64,000 nucleotides of DNA from an uncultured Acidobacteriota bacterium (GTDB taxonomy: Bacteria > Acidobacteriota > Thermoanaerobaculia > Multivoradales > UBA5704), in assembly GCA_963752235.1 (NCBI GenBank), contig CAVVXL010000011.1:128599-192598 (forward strand), read 5' to 3'. Under the pieces are notes generated by a model, which saw nothing but the letters and a program-made list of their open reading frames with translations, had not been told where the DNA came from and ran no database searches. Both the position numbers and the translations under genes were made by a program. Positions within the stretch are counted from its first letter, which is position 1. Each line of letters opens with the position of its first letter. Positions 54,717 through 63,420 of this stretch are shown here, piece after piece.

Positions 54717-56656
54717 GGGCCCTTGAGCACGACCCGCTCCCGGAAGCTCAGGGGGTCGAAGCAGAGGATGCCGTCCGCCCTGGCCAGCGCCGAGCCCGGC
54801 GCGGAATGGCGGTCCCTCCACGGGGAGAGGAGCCTCCGGAAGCCGAGCGACCGGGAGCCGCCGGAGGCGAGGTCGAGAAGCCGGACCTCCCAGCGGGAGC
54901 GCGGAGCCCAGAGGGCGACCCGCAGGAGGTTCTCTCCCGGCTGATCCGCCACCACCACGGCGCCCGCACCCGGGAAGGGAAACCTGCGCAGCTCGGTGCG
55001 GCCGTCAGGAGCAAAGATTTTCAGCTCACGCCCCCCGGCGACCCGGCCCACCACGGCGATCCGGCCAGCGGCGAGAAAGGAGCCGCTCGCCCGGCGGTCG
55101 CCGAGCAGCGCCACCGGCTCCCCCGTCCGCGCGTCGGCGAGGCGCAGCCCCTCGTGCCCCGCGAGGAGGATACGGTCCCCCGCCGGGGAAAGGCTCAAGG
55201 CGCTGAAGCCCCGTGAGCCCCGCATGTACCCGAGGGTCGCGAAGCGCGGCGTGCGGGCGGTGAGGTCGAGCTCGAGGATCGCGGGGTCGGCCTCCTTCTC
55301 TTCGGTCGAAAAGCCCGGGGCGGTGTAGAACGAAGGCTCGTAGAGCCGGAGATGATCGGCGTCGGCGAAGACCATGCGGGATTCCCCTGCGCGGGAGGGG
55401 ATCTCCGCCGCGGCGAGCAGACGGCCCGAGTCGAGGTCCGACACGGTCACCCGGTCCTGGGCGTAATAGCCGTAGTCGGCGAGGCGCCGGCCGTCCGGCG
55501 AAAGGGCGAGGGTCCGCGGCACTCCCTTGTAGGAGATCGTCGTCCGCACCGGCTTGGCGCCAGGGCGGTCGAGGTCGAGCCGGAACACCACGAGAGGAGA
55601 GTTGTAGGGGGCTCCGTCGTAGGCCAGCCAGACGGCCCGCCGGCCGTCGGCCGAGAAGCGGACCTGCGGCCCACGCTCGGAAATGACGACGCCGAAGCCG
55701 GCCGGCACGGAGCGGCCGGAGCGCAGGTCGTAGAGGAAGCTCTGCTCGAGGCCGGTGATGCGCGACGAGGAGCCGACCAGCGCCACCCAGGATCCCGTGG
55801 GAGCGCCGGCGACGTCGGTGAGCCGCTTGAGGTCGCTCGGTCCCCCGCCGATCCACCAGAAGGAGAGGCCGGTGAGGACGAAGGCGGCGACCAGCAGCGC
55901 CCCCCACAGCGTCTGGGAGAGGAAGCGGTGCCCGCGGCGGAGGTCCGTCCGCCCGCGGATCACCTGGAAGGCGCCCGCCAGAGCCAGGGCGACGATGGCA
56001 ACCAGGCAGCAGCCGGCGGCGATCCAGTCCCGGGGGTCACCGAGCGGGTTGCGGCTCCAGAGCACCGTCGCCCCGACCCCCGCCATCGTCAGGCGACGCG
56101 AAGCGCTCCAGTAAAGCCCCGCGACCGTGCCGAGCGCCACCAGGTCGAGCAGGAGCCAGGGGGAGCGCGAGCGCACGATCAGGCTCGCCGCGTGGGCGGC
56201 GAGGATCAACCCGAGGAGGCTGGCGCAGCACAGCACGAGGAAGCCTGTCCAGCCGAGCCCCGCCTGGAGGCTGAACGGGCTGGAGTCGATCCCCACCAGC
56301 GCCGCGGGGACCAGGGCGAGGGCCCCGCAGCCGAGCACCACCACCAGAGCGGCGGCGATCTTGCCGGCCCAGATCGCCACCCCGGAGAGCGGACGGGCGA
56401 AGTAGAAGCCGAGCCGGCGCTCCGCGAGGTCGCCGGCGATGATCGTGGCGCCAAGGCCGAGGGCGAGGAGGGTGGTGAGCGCCAGAGTGATTCCGATCGC
56501 CAGGCCGCTGCGCAGGTCCTCGCTCGAGAACCCGCCCGGCAGGAGCCCCGGCGCCAGCGGCAGCACCAGCGGCACCAAGCCGAGGACCAGGGCGACCACG
56601 GCGAGCAGCCGGCGCTCGAAGAGCTCCCGTTCGAGGACGGCGACGAAGCCTTTCAT
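54713..56656 (-). CDS. ABC-2-type permease fused to a C-terminal beta-propeller-like domain
   Basis: ~6 TM in the first ~270 aa, then repeats SADGRRAVW / SPDGRRLA / SPAGDRILL. Start overlaps the ATPase stop. Confidence 0.7.
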   Translation of the reverse strand: MKGFVAVLERELFERRLLAVVALVLGLVPLVLPLAPGLLPGGFSSEDLRSGLAIGITLALTTLLALGLGATIIAGDLAERRLGFYFARPLSGVAIWAGKIAAALVVVLGCGALALVPAALVGIDSSPFSLQAGLGWTGFLVLCCASLLGLILAAHAASLIVRSRSPWLLLDLVALGTVAGLYWSASRRLTMAGVGATVLWSRNPLGDPRDWIAAGCCLVAIVALALAGAFQVIRGRTDLRRGHRFLSQTLWGALLVAAFVLTGLSFWWIGGGPSDLKRLTDVAGAPTGSWVALVGSSSRITGLEQSFLYDLRSGRSVPAGFGVVISERGPQVRFSADGRRAVWLAYDGAPYNSPLVVFRLDLDRPGAKPVRTTISYKGVPRTLALSPDGRRLADYGYYAQDRVTVSDLDSGRLLAAAEIPSRAGESRMVFADADHLRLYEPSFYTAPGFSTEEKEADPAILELDLTARTPRFATLGYMRGSRGFSALSLSPAGDRILLAGHEGLRLADARTGEPVALLGDRRASGSFLAAGRIAVVGRVAGGRELKIFAPDGRTELRRFPFPGAGAVVVADQPGENLLRVALWAPRSRWEVRLLDLASGGSRSLGFRRLLSPWRDRHSAPGSALARADGILCFDPLSFRERVVLKGP

Positions 56657-57540
56657 AGCCGGATCTCCTCAGGCCCGGTGAGGGCGATGAAAATCTCTTC
56701 GAGCGTCAGGGACGTCACCTCGGGCTCGTCGTCGGCGGCCGCTGCCGACAGCCGATCCTCGTCATAATTCGCGATCACCGCCTCGACCTCCCAGCCGCGC
56801 GAGGCGACGGCGACCGGCGCCAGCGCCGCGAGCCTCGCCACCGCCTCCTGCCGCGAGCGCGGGAAGCTGATCCGGCGGAAACGGTGCTTGACCGCCTCCA
56901 TCTCCTCGTCGAGGACGAGCTTCCCCGCCCTGAGGATCCCAACGCGGTCGGCGATGCGCTCCACCCCCGCGAGGTCGTGGGTGGTGATGAACACCGTCGT
57001 CCCGCGGTCGGCGAGCTCGCCGATCAGCTCCTCGAAGACGGCCTTCCTGGCCACCGCGTCGAGCCCCAGGGTGGGGTCGTCGAGCACCAGCAGGCGCGGC
57101 GAGGAGGCGAGGGCGAGCGCCATCGCGACCTGCCCCTTCTGCCCCTTGGAGAGCTTGCCGAACGGGATATCGGGAGGGACGCCAAAGCGCTCGAGGCGCG
57201 CCTCGACCCCGGCGGCGTCCCAACGCGGATAGAGCCTGGAGCAGAAGCGGGAGATCTGGCGGGCGGTCATCGCCGGCGGCGCGTTGGGGTCCTCCGGCAC
57301 CACGCCGACCTCGACCAGGGCGGCCGCCCGCTCGCGCCAAGCGTCCCGGCCGAGCAGCAGGGCCTGGCCGGCGGAGGGGCGCTGCTCCCCCAGCAGGCAG
57401 CGGACGAGCGACGACTTGCCGGCGCCGTTCCTGCCCAGCAAGGCATAGACCGACCCCTCCGGCACGTCGAGCGTGACCTGGTCCAGGGCGAGGCGCTGGC
57501 CGTAGCGCACGGTCAAGCCTTCGAGGGCGATGGGGTTCAT
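56653..57540 (-). CDS. ABC transporter ATP-binding protein
   Basis: GRNGAGKSS, LSKGQKGQV, LLVLDDPTLGLD. Confidence 0.9.
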   Translation of the reverse strand: MNPIALEGLTVRYGQRLALDQVTLDVPEGSVYALLGRNGAGKSSLVRCLLGEQRPSAGQALLLGRDAWRERAAALVEVGVVPEDPNAPPAMTARQISRFCSRLYPRWDAAGVEARLERFGVPPDIPFGKLSKGQKGQVAMALALASSPRLLVLDDPTLGLDAVARKAVFEELIGELADRGTTVFITTHDLAGVERIADRVGILRAGKLVLDEEMEAVKHRFRRISFPRSRQEAVARLAALAPVAVASRGWEVEAVIANYDEDRLSAAAADDEPEVTSLTLEEIFIALTGPEEIRL

Positions 57541-57968
57541 CCTTCCTCTCCTTCCACGCGGTTTGCTCTCTCTTGTGAGCGGCTCCCCGACAGGCTCGCC
57601 CAGGCGGACTCGACCGTCGACAGCGCCTCCGTCCGGCTCGCCCCCAGGGTCACCGCGACGCTCGCGAAGCGTAGCGCCTCCTCGCGCAGCCGCTCGTTGC
57701 GCCGCACGCTCTCGGGGGGAGGCGGCGTCGCCGAGACGAACGTCCCCTCGCCGCGCCGCACGGTGAGCACCCCGGCGTCGGTCAGCCGCTGATAGGCCTT
57801 GAAGACGGTGGCCGGATTGACCTGAAGCTCCTTGGCGAAGTCCCGCACCGACGGCACCCCGCTCCCCGCCGGCAACGCGCCGCGGGCCACCAGGTGCTGC
57901 ACCCCCTCCTCGATCTGCCGCCAGATCGGACGCGAGTCGCGGGGGTCGATGCGGAGGAGGGGGGCCAT
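57537..57968 (-). CDS. GntR-family (YtrA-like) transcriptional regulator
   Basis: PIWRQIEEGVQHLVARGALPAGSGVPSVRDFAKELQVNPATVFKAYQRL. Confidence 0.85.
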   Translation of the reverse strand: MAPLLRIDPRDSRPIWRQIEEGVQHLVARGALPAGSGVPSVRDFAKELQVNPATVFKAYQRLTDAGVLTVRRGEGTFVSATPPPPESVRRNERLREEALRFASVAVTLGASRTEALSTVESAWASLSGSRSQERANRVEGEEG

Positions 57969-57976
57969 GGGGTGAG

Positions 57977-57996
57977 TGTACCACGGTTGTGGTACA
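57977..57996. promoter_or_regulatory. perfect inverted repeat TGTACCAC-ggtt-GTGGTACA, candidate GntR operator
   Basis: Read directly; 9 nt upstream of the GntR start codon. Confidence 0.5.
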
Positions 57997-58050
57997 GGGC
58001 GAGCGGGGGAGCTGTGCGGGCTGGCCGGACGCCGGCAACGGATCTCGCAG

Positions 58051-58180
58051 GGAGCTTTTCTCCTCCCCCGTACTCGGGGGAGGCCGGGAGGGGGCCGCAA
58101 CGTTCCGAACAAGGAAGCGTCCCCGACTCCGGAACGCCCCCTCCTGGCCTCCCCCGAGTACAGGGGAGGAAAAAGGCTCC
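58051..58180. repeat. ~130-bp imperfect palindrome (45-nt arms, each arm itself containing CCTCCCCC...GGGGGAGG)
   Basis: 58051-58095 is the reverse complement of 58136-58180, by eye about 90% matched. An inner CGTTCCG/CGGAACG pair extends the stem. Confidence 0.8.
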
Positions 58181-58230
58181 CGGGATCGCCAGGTTCACGA
58201 CTTCAGGGACCCCCGCGCCCGGTCTTCTTT

Positions 58231-58263
58231 CCCTACTGTCCCTGCTGTCCCTTAGGTCCCTGG
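58231..58263. repeat. four CCCT (minus strand AGGGA) motifs at an exact 9-nt period
   Basis: CCCT at 58231, 58240, 58249 and 58258. The minus strand reads CAGGGACCUAAGGGACAGCAGGGACAGUAGGGAA. Confidence 0.7.
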
Positions 58264-58283
58264 CAACCGCCGCCCGACGTCAC

Positions 58284-58784
58284 CTACTCAAGCCACGAAT
58301 GAGTCACCTCATCCGGAGCGGGAACCAGCCGCGGGTTCGCCATCAAAATCCGGGCGCAGGTGTTCCAGCGCAGGATGGCGCCGTCGTTGCCCGGAGGGCG
58401 GACCTCGGCGGCTTTCTCGAAGTGCCCCATCGCCTCCTTGAACCAGTCGTGGGCGATGTGGCCGGCGTGCATGCCGCCGCGCTTGAGCTGCGCCTTCGCC
58501 CGGCGCTCGCAGATGATGCCGGCATAGTAGTGGCGGCCGTGCTCGTCCGCGATCTGGGGAGTGAGCTGCCGCGCCTGCTCGAGGCAGGGGTTCGGGCGCT
58601 CCACGAACTGGTCGGTGAGCGCCAGCACCAGGGTGACCAGCGCCTCCTGGTTGGCGGGGTCCGCCGCCAGGATGTCGCGGCAGATGCTCTCCGCCTCCAG
58701 CGCCTCGTTCAGCAGCCGGTAGCGGTGCGCCTTCTCGAGCGCGGCGGGGATGGCCTGGGGGGAAAGGGGCTTCAATTCGTACAT
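58284..58784 (-). CDS. conserved hypothetical helical protein
   Basis: 166-aa ORF with balanced composition, downstream of sdhB. No family named. Confidence 0.6.
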   Translation of the reverse strand: MYELKPLSPQAIPAALEKAHRYRLLNEALEAESICRDILAADPANQEALVTLVLALTDQFVERPNPCLEQARQLTPQIADEHGRHYYAGIICERRAKAQLKRGGMHAGHIAHDWFKEAMGHFEKAAEVRPPGNDGAILRWNTCARILMANPRLVPAPDEVTHSWLE

Positions 58785-58812
58785 CGCCGGTCTCTCCTGG
58801 TCGTCTTCGCGC

Positions 58813-59580
58813 TTACCCGCGGAACCTGCGGAACAGCCGCTTCAGCGGATCGTAGAACTCGTCGACCACCCGCTCCTTGAGCGGGATGATGGCATTGTCG
58901 GTGATCGTGATCTCCTCGGGGCAGACCTTGGTGCAGCACTTGGTGATGTTGCAGTAGCCGATCCCCTGGGCGTCCTTGAGGTCGCCGAGGCGGTCCTCGA
59001 CATCGAGCGGGTGCATCTCGAGCGCGGCCGTGTAGACCAGCAGCCGCGGACCGATGAACTGGTCGTGGAGATGGTGCTCGCGCAGCACGTGGCAGACGTC
59101 CTGGCAGAGGAAGCACTCGATGCACTTCCTGAACTCCTGCACCCGGTCGACGTCCTCCTGGGCGATGCGCCAGGTGCCGTCCGGCGCGTCGGGCGCGCGC
59201 GGCTTGAACTGCTTGATCTTCTGTTTCGCCGCGAAATTGAACGAGACGTCGGTCACCAGGTCCTTGAGGATGGGGAAGGCCTTCATCGGCTCGACGGTGA
59301 CCGGCTCGGCGAGGTTCAGGTCGTTCAGCCGGGTCATGCACATCAGCCGCGGCTTGCCGTTGACCTCCGCCGAGCAGGAGCCGCACTTGCCCGCCTTGCA
59401 GTTCCAGCGCACGGCGAGGTCGGAGGCCGATTCGGCCTGGATCTGGTGCATCGCGTCGAGCACCACCATGCCTTCCGAGACCCCGGTCGAGTAGTCGGTG
59501 AACGCGCCCCCCTGCTGATCCCCGCGCCACACCCGGAAGGTGGCTTGCGATGCCTGCGGTGTCTGTGGCGTCTGCGCCAT
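58813..59580 (-). CDS. sdhB: succinate dehydrogenase/fumarate reductase iron-sulfur subunit
   Basis: CKAGKCGSCSAEVNG, CIECFLCQDVC, CTKVCP clusters. Start overlaps the sdhA stop (TGATG). Confidence 0.9.
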   Translation of the reverse strand: MAQTPQTPQASQATFRVWRGDQQGGAFTDYSTGVSEGMVVLDAMHQIQAESASDLAVRWNCKAGKCGSCSAEVNGKPRLMCMTRLNDLNLAEPVTVEPMKAFPILKDLVTDVSFNFAAKQKIKQFKPRAPDAPDGTWRIAQEDVDRVQEFRKCIECFLCQDVCHVLREHHLHDQFIGPRLLVYTAALEMHPLDVEDRLGDLKDAQGIGYCNITKCCTKVCPEEITITDNAIIPLKERVVDEFYDPLKRLFRRFRG

Positions 59581-61400
59581 CACTTCATCTCCTCGATGAT
59601 CGCTTTGAGCTCGGGGGTGGTCGGCGGCAGCGGCTCGCGGACGATCCGCATCGTGCCGTCGCTCCCCTTGCGGACCACGATGTTGAAGCTGCCGTACGCC
59701 GCCTCTTTCGCCGGGTAGTCGTCGCGGAACTGGGCGCCGCGGCTCTCCTTGCGCTCGAGCGCCGCGCGGGTGACCGCCTCCGAAACGGTGAGCTGGTTCG
59801 GCAGGTCGAGCGCCGTGTGCCAGCCGGGGTTGTACTCCCGGTTGCCGGGGACGGCCACCCTCTCCACCCGCTCGCGGAGGCGCGCCAGCCCGTCGAGGGC
59901 GCGCGTCATCTCGGGCTCGTTGCGCACGATGCCGACCAGATCCTGCATCATCCCCTGCAGCTCGTGCTGGATCGGGTAAGGGGCCTGCCCGTCCGGAGAT
60001 CCCACCCGCTCGAACGGCAGCTCGAGCCGCTTCGCCGCCGCCCGCACCTGCGCGTCGTCGACCCGTCCCGCGCCGTGCTCGCGGGCGTAGCGCGCCGCGT
60101 ACTCCCCCGCCCGCTTGCCGAACACCAGGAGGTCCGACAGCGAGTTCCCGCCCAGGCGGTTGGCGCCGTGCAGCCCCGCGCCGCACTCGCCGGCCGCGAA
60201 GAGGCCGGGGAGGGTCGACATCTGGCTCTCGGGATCGACCCGCACGCCGCCCATCATGTAGTGGGTGGTGGGGCCCACCTCCATCGGCTCCTTGGTGATG
60301 TCGATGTCCGCCAGCTGCTTGAACTGGTGGTACATGCTGGGGAGCTTCTTCCTGATGTGCTCGCTCGGGTGGGCGATCTTCTCCTTGATCCAGGAGATGT
60401 CGAGGAACACCCCGCCGTGCGGCGAGCCGCGCCCCGCCTTGACCTCGCGCACGATGCAGCGCGCCACGTGGTCGCGGGTGAGCAGCTCCGGCGGCCGGCG
60501 GGCGTTCTTGTCCCCCTGGCAGTAGCGCCACCCCTCCTCCTCGTTGTCGGCGGTCTGTTCCTTGTAGAGCGGCGGGATGTCGTCGAACATGAAGCGCCGC
60601 CCGTCGCGGTTGCGCAGCACCCCGCCCTCGCCGCGCACCCCCTCGGTGACCAGGATCCCCTTGACGCTCGGCGGCCAGACCATGCCGGTGGGATGGAACT
60701 GCACGAACTCCATGTCGAGCAGGTCCGCCCCCGCCTCGTAGGCCAGGGCGTGGCCGTCGCCGGTGTACTCCCAGCTGTTGCTGGTGATCGAGAAGGAGCG
60801 GCCGATGCCGCCGGTCGCCAGGATCACCGCGCCCGCCTCGAAGACCAGGCAGCGCCCGCGCTCGCGGTCGTAGCCGAACGCCCCCGCCAGCCGGTCGCCG
60901 TCCTTGAGCAGGGCGGTCAGCGTGTGCTCCATGTGGAAGCTGATCCCCAGGTGGATGCCGTGGTCCTGGAGGGTACGGATCATCTCGAGCCCGGTGCGGT
61001 CGCCGACGTGGGCGAGGCGCGGGTAGCGGTGGCCGCCGAAGTTGCGCTGCAGGATGCGGCCGTCCGGCGTGCGGTCGAACAGCGCCCCCCAGGCCTCCAG
61101 CTCGCGCACCCGGTCGGGCGCCTCCTTGGCGTGGATCTCGGCCATCCGCGGGTTGTTGAGGTACTGCCCGCCCCGCATCGTGTCGGTGAAGTGGACCCGC
61201 CAGTTGTCGCGGTCGTCGACGTTCCCCATCGACGCCGCCACCCCCCCCTCGGCCATCACCGTGTGCGCCTTGCCGAGCAGCGACTTCGAGACCACCCCGA
61301 CCCGGGCGCCGGCGGCCGCCGCCTCGATCGCGGCGCGCAGCCCCGCCCCGCCGGCCCCCACCACCAGCACGTCATACTGAAAGCGCGGAAAGTCGGCCAC
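59580..61400 (-). CDS. sdhA: succinate dehydrogenase/fumarate reductase flavoprotein subunit
   Basis: DVLVVGAGGAGLRAA, HTVMAEGG, HPTG, AAGECGAGLHGANRLGGNSL. Confidence 0.9.
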   Translation of the reverse strand: MADFPRFQYDVLVVGAGGAGLRAAIEAAAAGARVGVVSKSLLGKAHTVMAEGGVAASMGNVDDRDNWRVHFTDTMRGGQYLNNPRMAEIHAKEAPDRVRELEAWGALFDRTPDGRILQRNFGGHRYPRLAHVGDRTGLEMIRTLQDHGIHLGISFHMEHTLTALLKDGDRLAGAFGYDRERGRCLVFEAGAVILATGGIGRSFSITSNSWEYTGDGHALAYEAGADLLDMEFVQFHPTGMVWPPSVKGILVTEGVRGEGGVLRNRDGRRFMFDDIPPLYKEQTADNEEEGWRYCQGDKNARRPPELLTRDHVARCIVREVKAGRGSPHGGVFLDISWIKEKIAHPSEHIRKKLPSMYHQFKQLADIDITKEPMEVGPTTHYMMGGVRVDPESQMSTLPGLFAAGECGAGLHGANRLGGNSLSDLLVFGKRAGEYAARYAREHGAGRVDDAQVRAAAKRLELPFERVGSPDGQAPYPIQHELQGMMQDLVGIVRNEPEMTRALDGLARLRERVERVAVPGNREYNPGWHTALDLPNQLTVSEAVTRAALERKESRGAQFRDDYPAKEAAYGSFNIVVRKGSDGTMRIVREPLPPTTPELKAIIEEMK

Positions 61401-62198
61401 CTAGAAGATCCTCCCGTCGGTCCAGATCCCCATCGAGCAGAGGCGGACGTACAAGTCCGAGAACCCCACCGAGCAGAGGCTCAGCCAGGCGAACATCATG
61501 TGCCGCCGGTTCAGGCAGCCCACGCAGTCGTAGACCTTCTTGCGCGCCGGATGGCCGGAGAGCCGGTCGAGATATCCCCCCACCAGATGGCGCAGCGAAT
61601 GGCAGCCGAAGGTGTAGCAGCCGAGCAGCACCACGTTGGTGGCGAGCACCAGGGTGCCCACCCCGACCCCGAACGATTTCACCCCCGTCGCCGGATCGGT
61701 GAACCAGAGCGCTTTCCAGACGTCGTGGAGCAGGAAGAGCAGGAAGAACAGGGCGAGATAGAGGAAGTAGCGATGGACGTTCTGGAGGATCAGCGGGAAC
61801 GAGCGCTCGCCGAGGTACTTCTTGCGCGGCTCGCCCACCGCGCAGGAGGGCGGATCGGCCCAGAACGCCTTGTAGTAGGCGCCGCGGTAGTAGTAGCAGG
61901 TGAAGCGGAAGCCGCCGGGCGCCCAGAGGATGAAGAAGGCCGCCGACCACGGGATCAGCCCCGGCCACCACCCCGGCTTGCCGCCGAACCAGCTGGTCGC
62001 CGGATCGCCGAACACCTCGGGGGAGTAGAACGGCGACAGATAGGGGCCGAACGTGTAGTGCGCCCCCTGGAACGCCGCCCACGTCGAATAGACGATGAAG
62101 GTGGAGAGCCCGAGGAAGACCACCAACGGCTGCGCCCACCACGCATCGCGCCGCGCCGTCTCGCCGAAGGACCGTCGGTTGAGGACCTCTAAGGGCAT
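61401..62198 (-). CDS. sdhC: succinate dehydrogenase cytochrome b subunit (b558-type, 5 TM)
   Basis: GGAGGA sits 8 nt before the ATG at 62198. Five hydrophobic helices with conserved His; position upstream of sdhA. Confidence 0.75.
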   Translation of the reverse strand: MPLEVLNRRSFGETARRDAWWAQPLVVFLGLSTFIVYSTWAAFQGAHYTFGPYLSPFYSPEVFGDPATSWFGGKPGWWPGLIPWSAAFFILWAPGGFRFTCYYYRGAYYKAFWADPPSCAVGEPRKKYLGERSFPLILQNVHRYFLYLALFFLLFLLHDVWKALWFTDPATGVKSFGVGVGTLVLATNVVLLGCYTFGCHSLRHLVGGYLDRLSGHPARKKVYDCVGCLNRRHMMFAWLSLCSVGFSDLYVRLCSMGIWTDGRIF

Positions 62199-62361
62199 GC
62201 TGCCGTTCCTCCTCTGTTTGTCGTGGCCGGTATAGCCCGAAGGAGGGGGCGGTGTCAAACCGCGGCGGGAGAGGATCTACAGCGGTCCGGGAGGTTGGCG
62301 TCCACGGGGCTGTCCGGCGTCGAAACCCGCGGTAGCGAAGCGGGGCCAAGGCTCCGAACGA

Positions 62362-62392
62362 CCCTGCAGTCCCTGTGGTCCCCTGCGTCCCT
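62362..62392. repeat. second locus of ~9-nt-periodic CCCT/AGGGA motifs, upstream of sdhC
   Basis: CCCT at 62362, 62371, 62381 and 62389. The minus strand reads GAGGGACGCAGGGGACCACAGGGACUGCAGGGUC. Confidence 0.65.
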
Positions 62393-62423
62393 CGGCTCTC
62401 ACAGCCAGGGAGCTGCCCTTCCC

Positions 62424-63371
62424 TCACCCCGGGTGCCCGCTCCCGGCGGGCGCCGGGGGCTTGGGTTTGAGCTGTTCGGACCGCTCGAGGAGCTGGAACG
62501 CCTCCCGGTTGAGCGCCTCGCGCTCGGCGGGGTCGGAGGCGAGCTTCGCCTTCGCCTGGAGGAGCCAGCCTTTGTAGTACAGCGCCTCCCACCCTTCGCC
62601 GCGGGCGGCGAGCGCCAGGTCCTCGGCCTGGAGGCCGAGCTCGACGACCGCGGCGCGTCCTTGCGGGCTGAGCAGCTTGTCGGCGAGCGCGCGGTCGCGG
62701 GCGAAGGCGCCGACGAGATAGAGCATCTCGTAGGACTCGGGGCCCGCGGAGCCCTGAGCCTTCCTCCAGGCTTCCTGCAGCTTCCCTTCCTTCAGCAGGA
62801 GATAGCAGCGCGCGAGGTCCAATCCGGCGACGGCGGGCTGCTCGGCGGCCCGGCGATCGAGATAGACGGCGGCTTCCCCGTACCGCCGGGCCGGCAGGTC
62901 GGCCGCGAGCTCGGCGTTGTCGTTGAGGAAGCGCAGCAGTTGCGGGCCGAGGAGGATGTCCGGTTGCAGGCTGAAGTTCACGGTGATCACGTAATAGACC
63001 TTGACCGGCTTGCCGTTCAGCGTGGCCGGCTTGAACTTCCAGGTCTGGACGGCGGCCACGGCGGCGCGGTCGAGCCCCATCGGCAGCCCGCGGAGGACCC
63101 GCGCATTGGTGACGTCACCCCGTTGGTCGATGATCGCCTCCACGACGACCGTGCCGGAGACGCGGGCCCGGCGGGCGAGCTCCGTGTAGATCGGAGGCAT
63201 GCCCGAGATCTTGACCGGCGCCGTGACCTCCCTGCCGACCTGATAGGGCTCGTCGGCAGGCCTCGCCTCCTGCGCCGAAAGGAGCAGGGCCCCGGCGGTC
63301 AGGGAGAGGAGGAGAGCGGCGAGGGCCAGGCTCCAGGCCGAGACGGAAGAGACGCGGAATCGTGGCGCCAT
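62424..63371 (-). CDS. TonB C-terminal-domain protein with a helical-repeat C-terminal half
   Basis: GGAGG before the ATG at 63371; signal/anchor. YTELARRARVSGTVVVEAIIDQRGDVTNARVLRGLPMGLDRAAVAAVQTWKFKPATLNGKPV is a TonB_C sequence. Confidence 0.75.
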   Translation of the reverse strand: MAPRFRVSSVSAWSLALAALLLSLTAGALLLSAQEARPADEPYQVGREVTAPVKISGMPPIYTELARRARVSGTVVVEAIIDQRGDVTNARVLRGLPMGLDRAAVAAVQTWKFKPATLNGKPVKVYYVITVNFSLQPDILLGPQLLRFLNDNAELAADLPARRYGEAAVYLDRRAAEQPAVAGLDLARCYLLLKEGKLQEAWRKAQGSAGPESYEMLYLVGAFARDRALADKLLSPQGRAAVVELGLQAEDLALAARGEGWEALYYKGWLLQAKAKLASDPAEREALNREAFQLLERSEQLKPKPPAPAGSGHPG

Positions 63372-63420
63372 CGACAACCCTCCTGGCGGACCGCCCGCCG
63401 CTCGTGGAATGTCTCCGATT

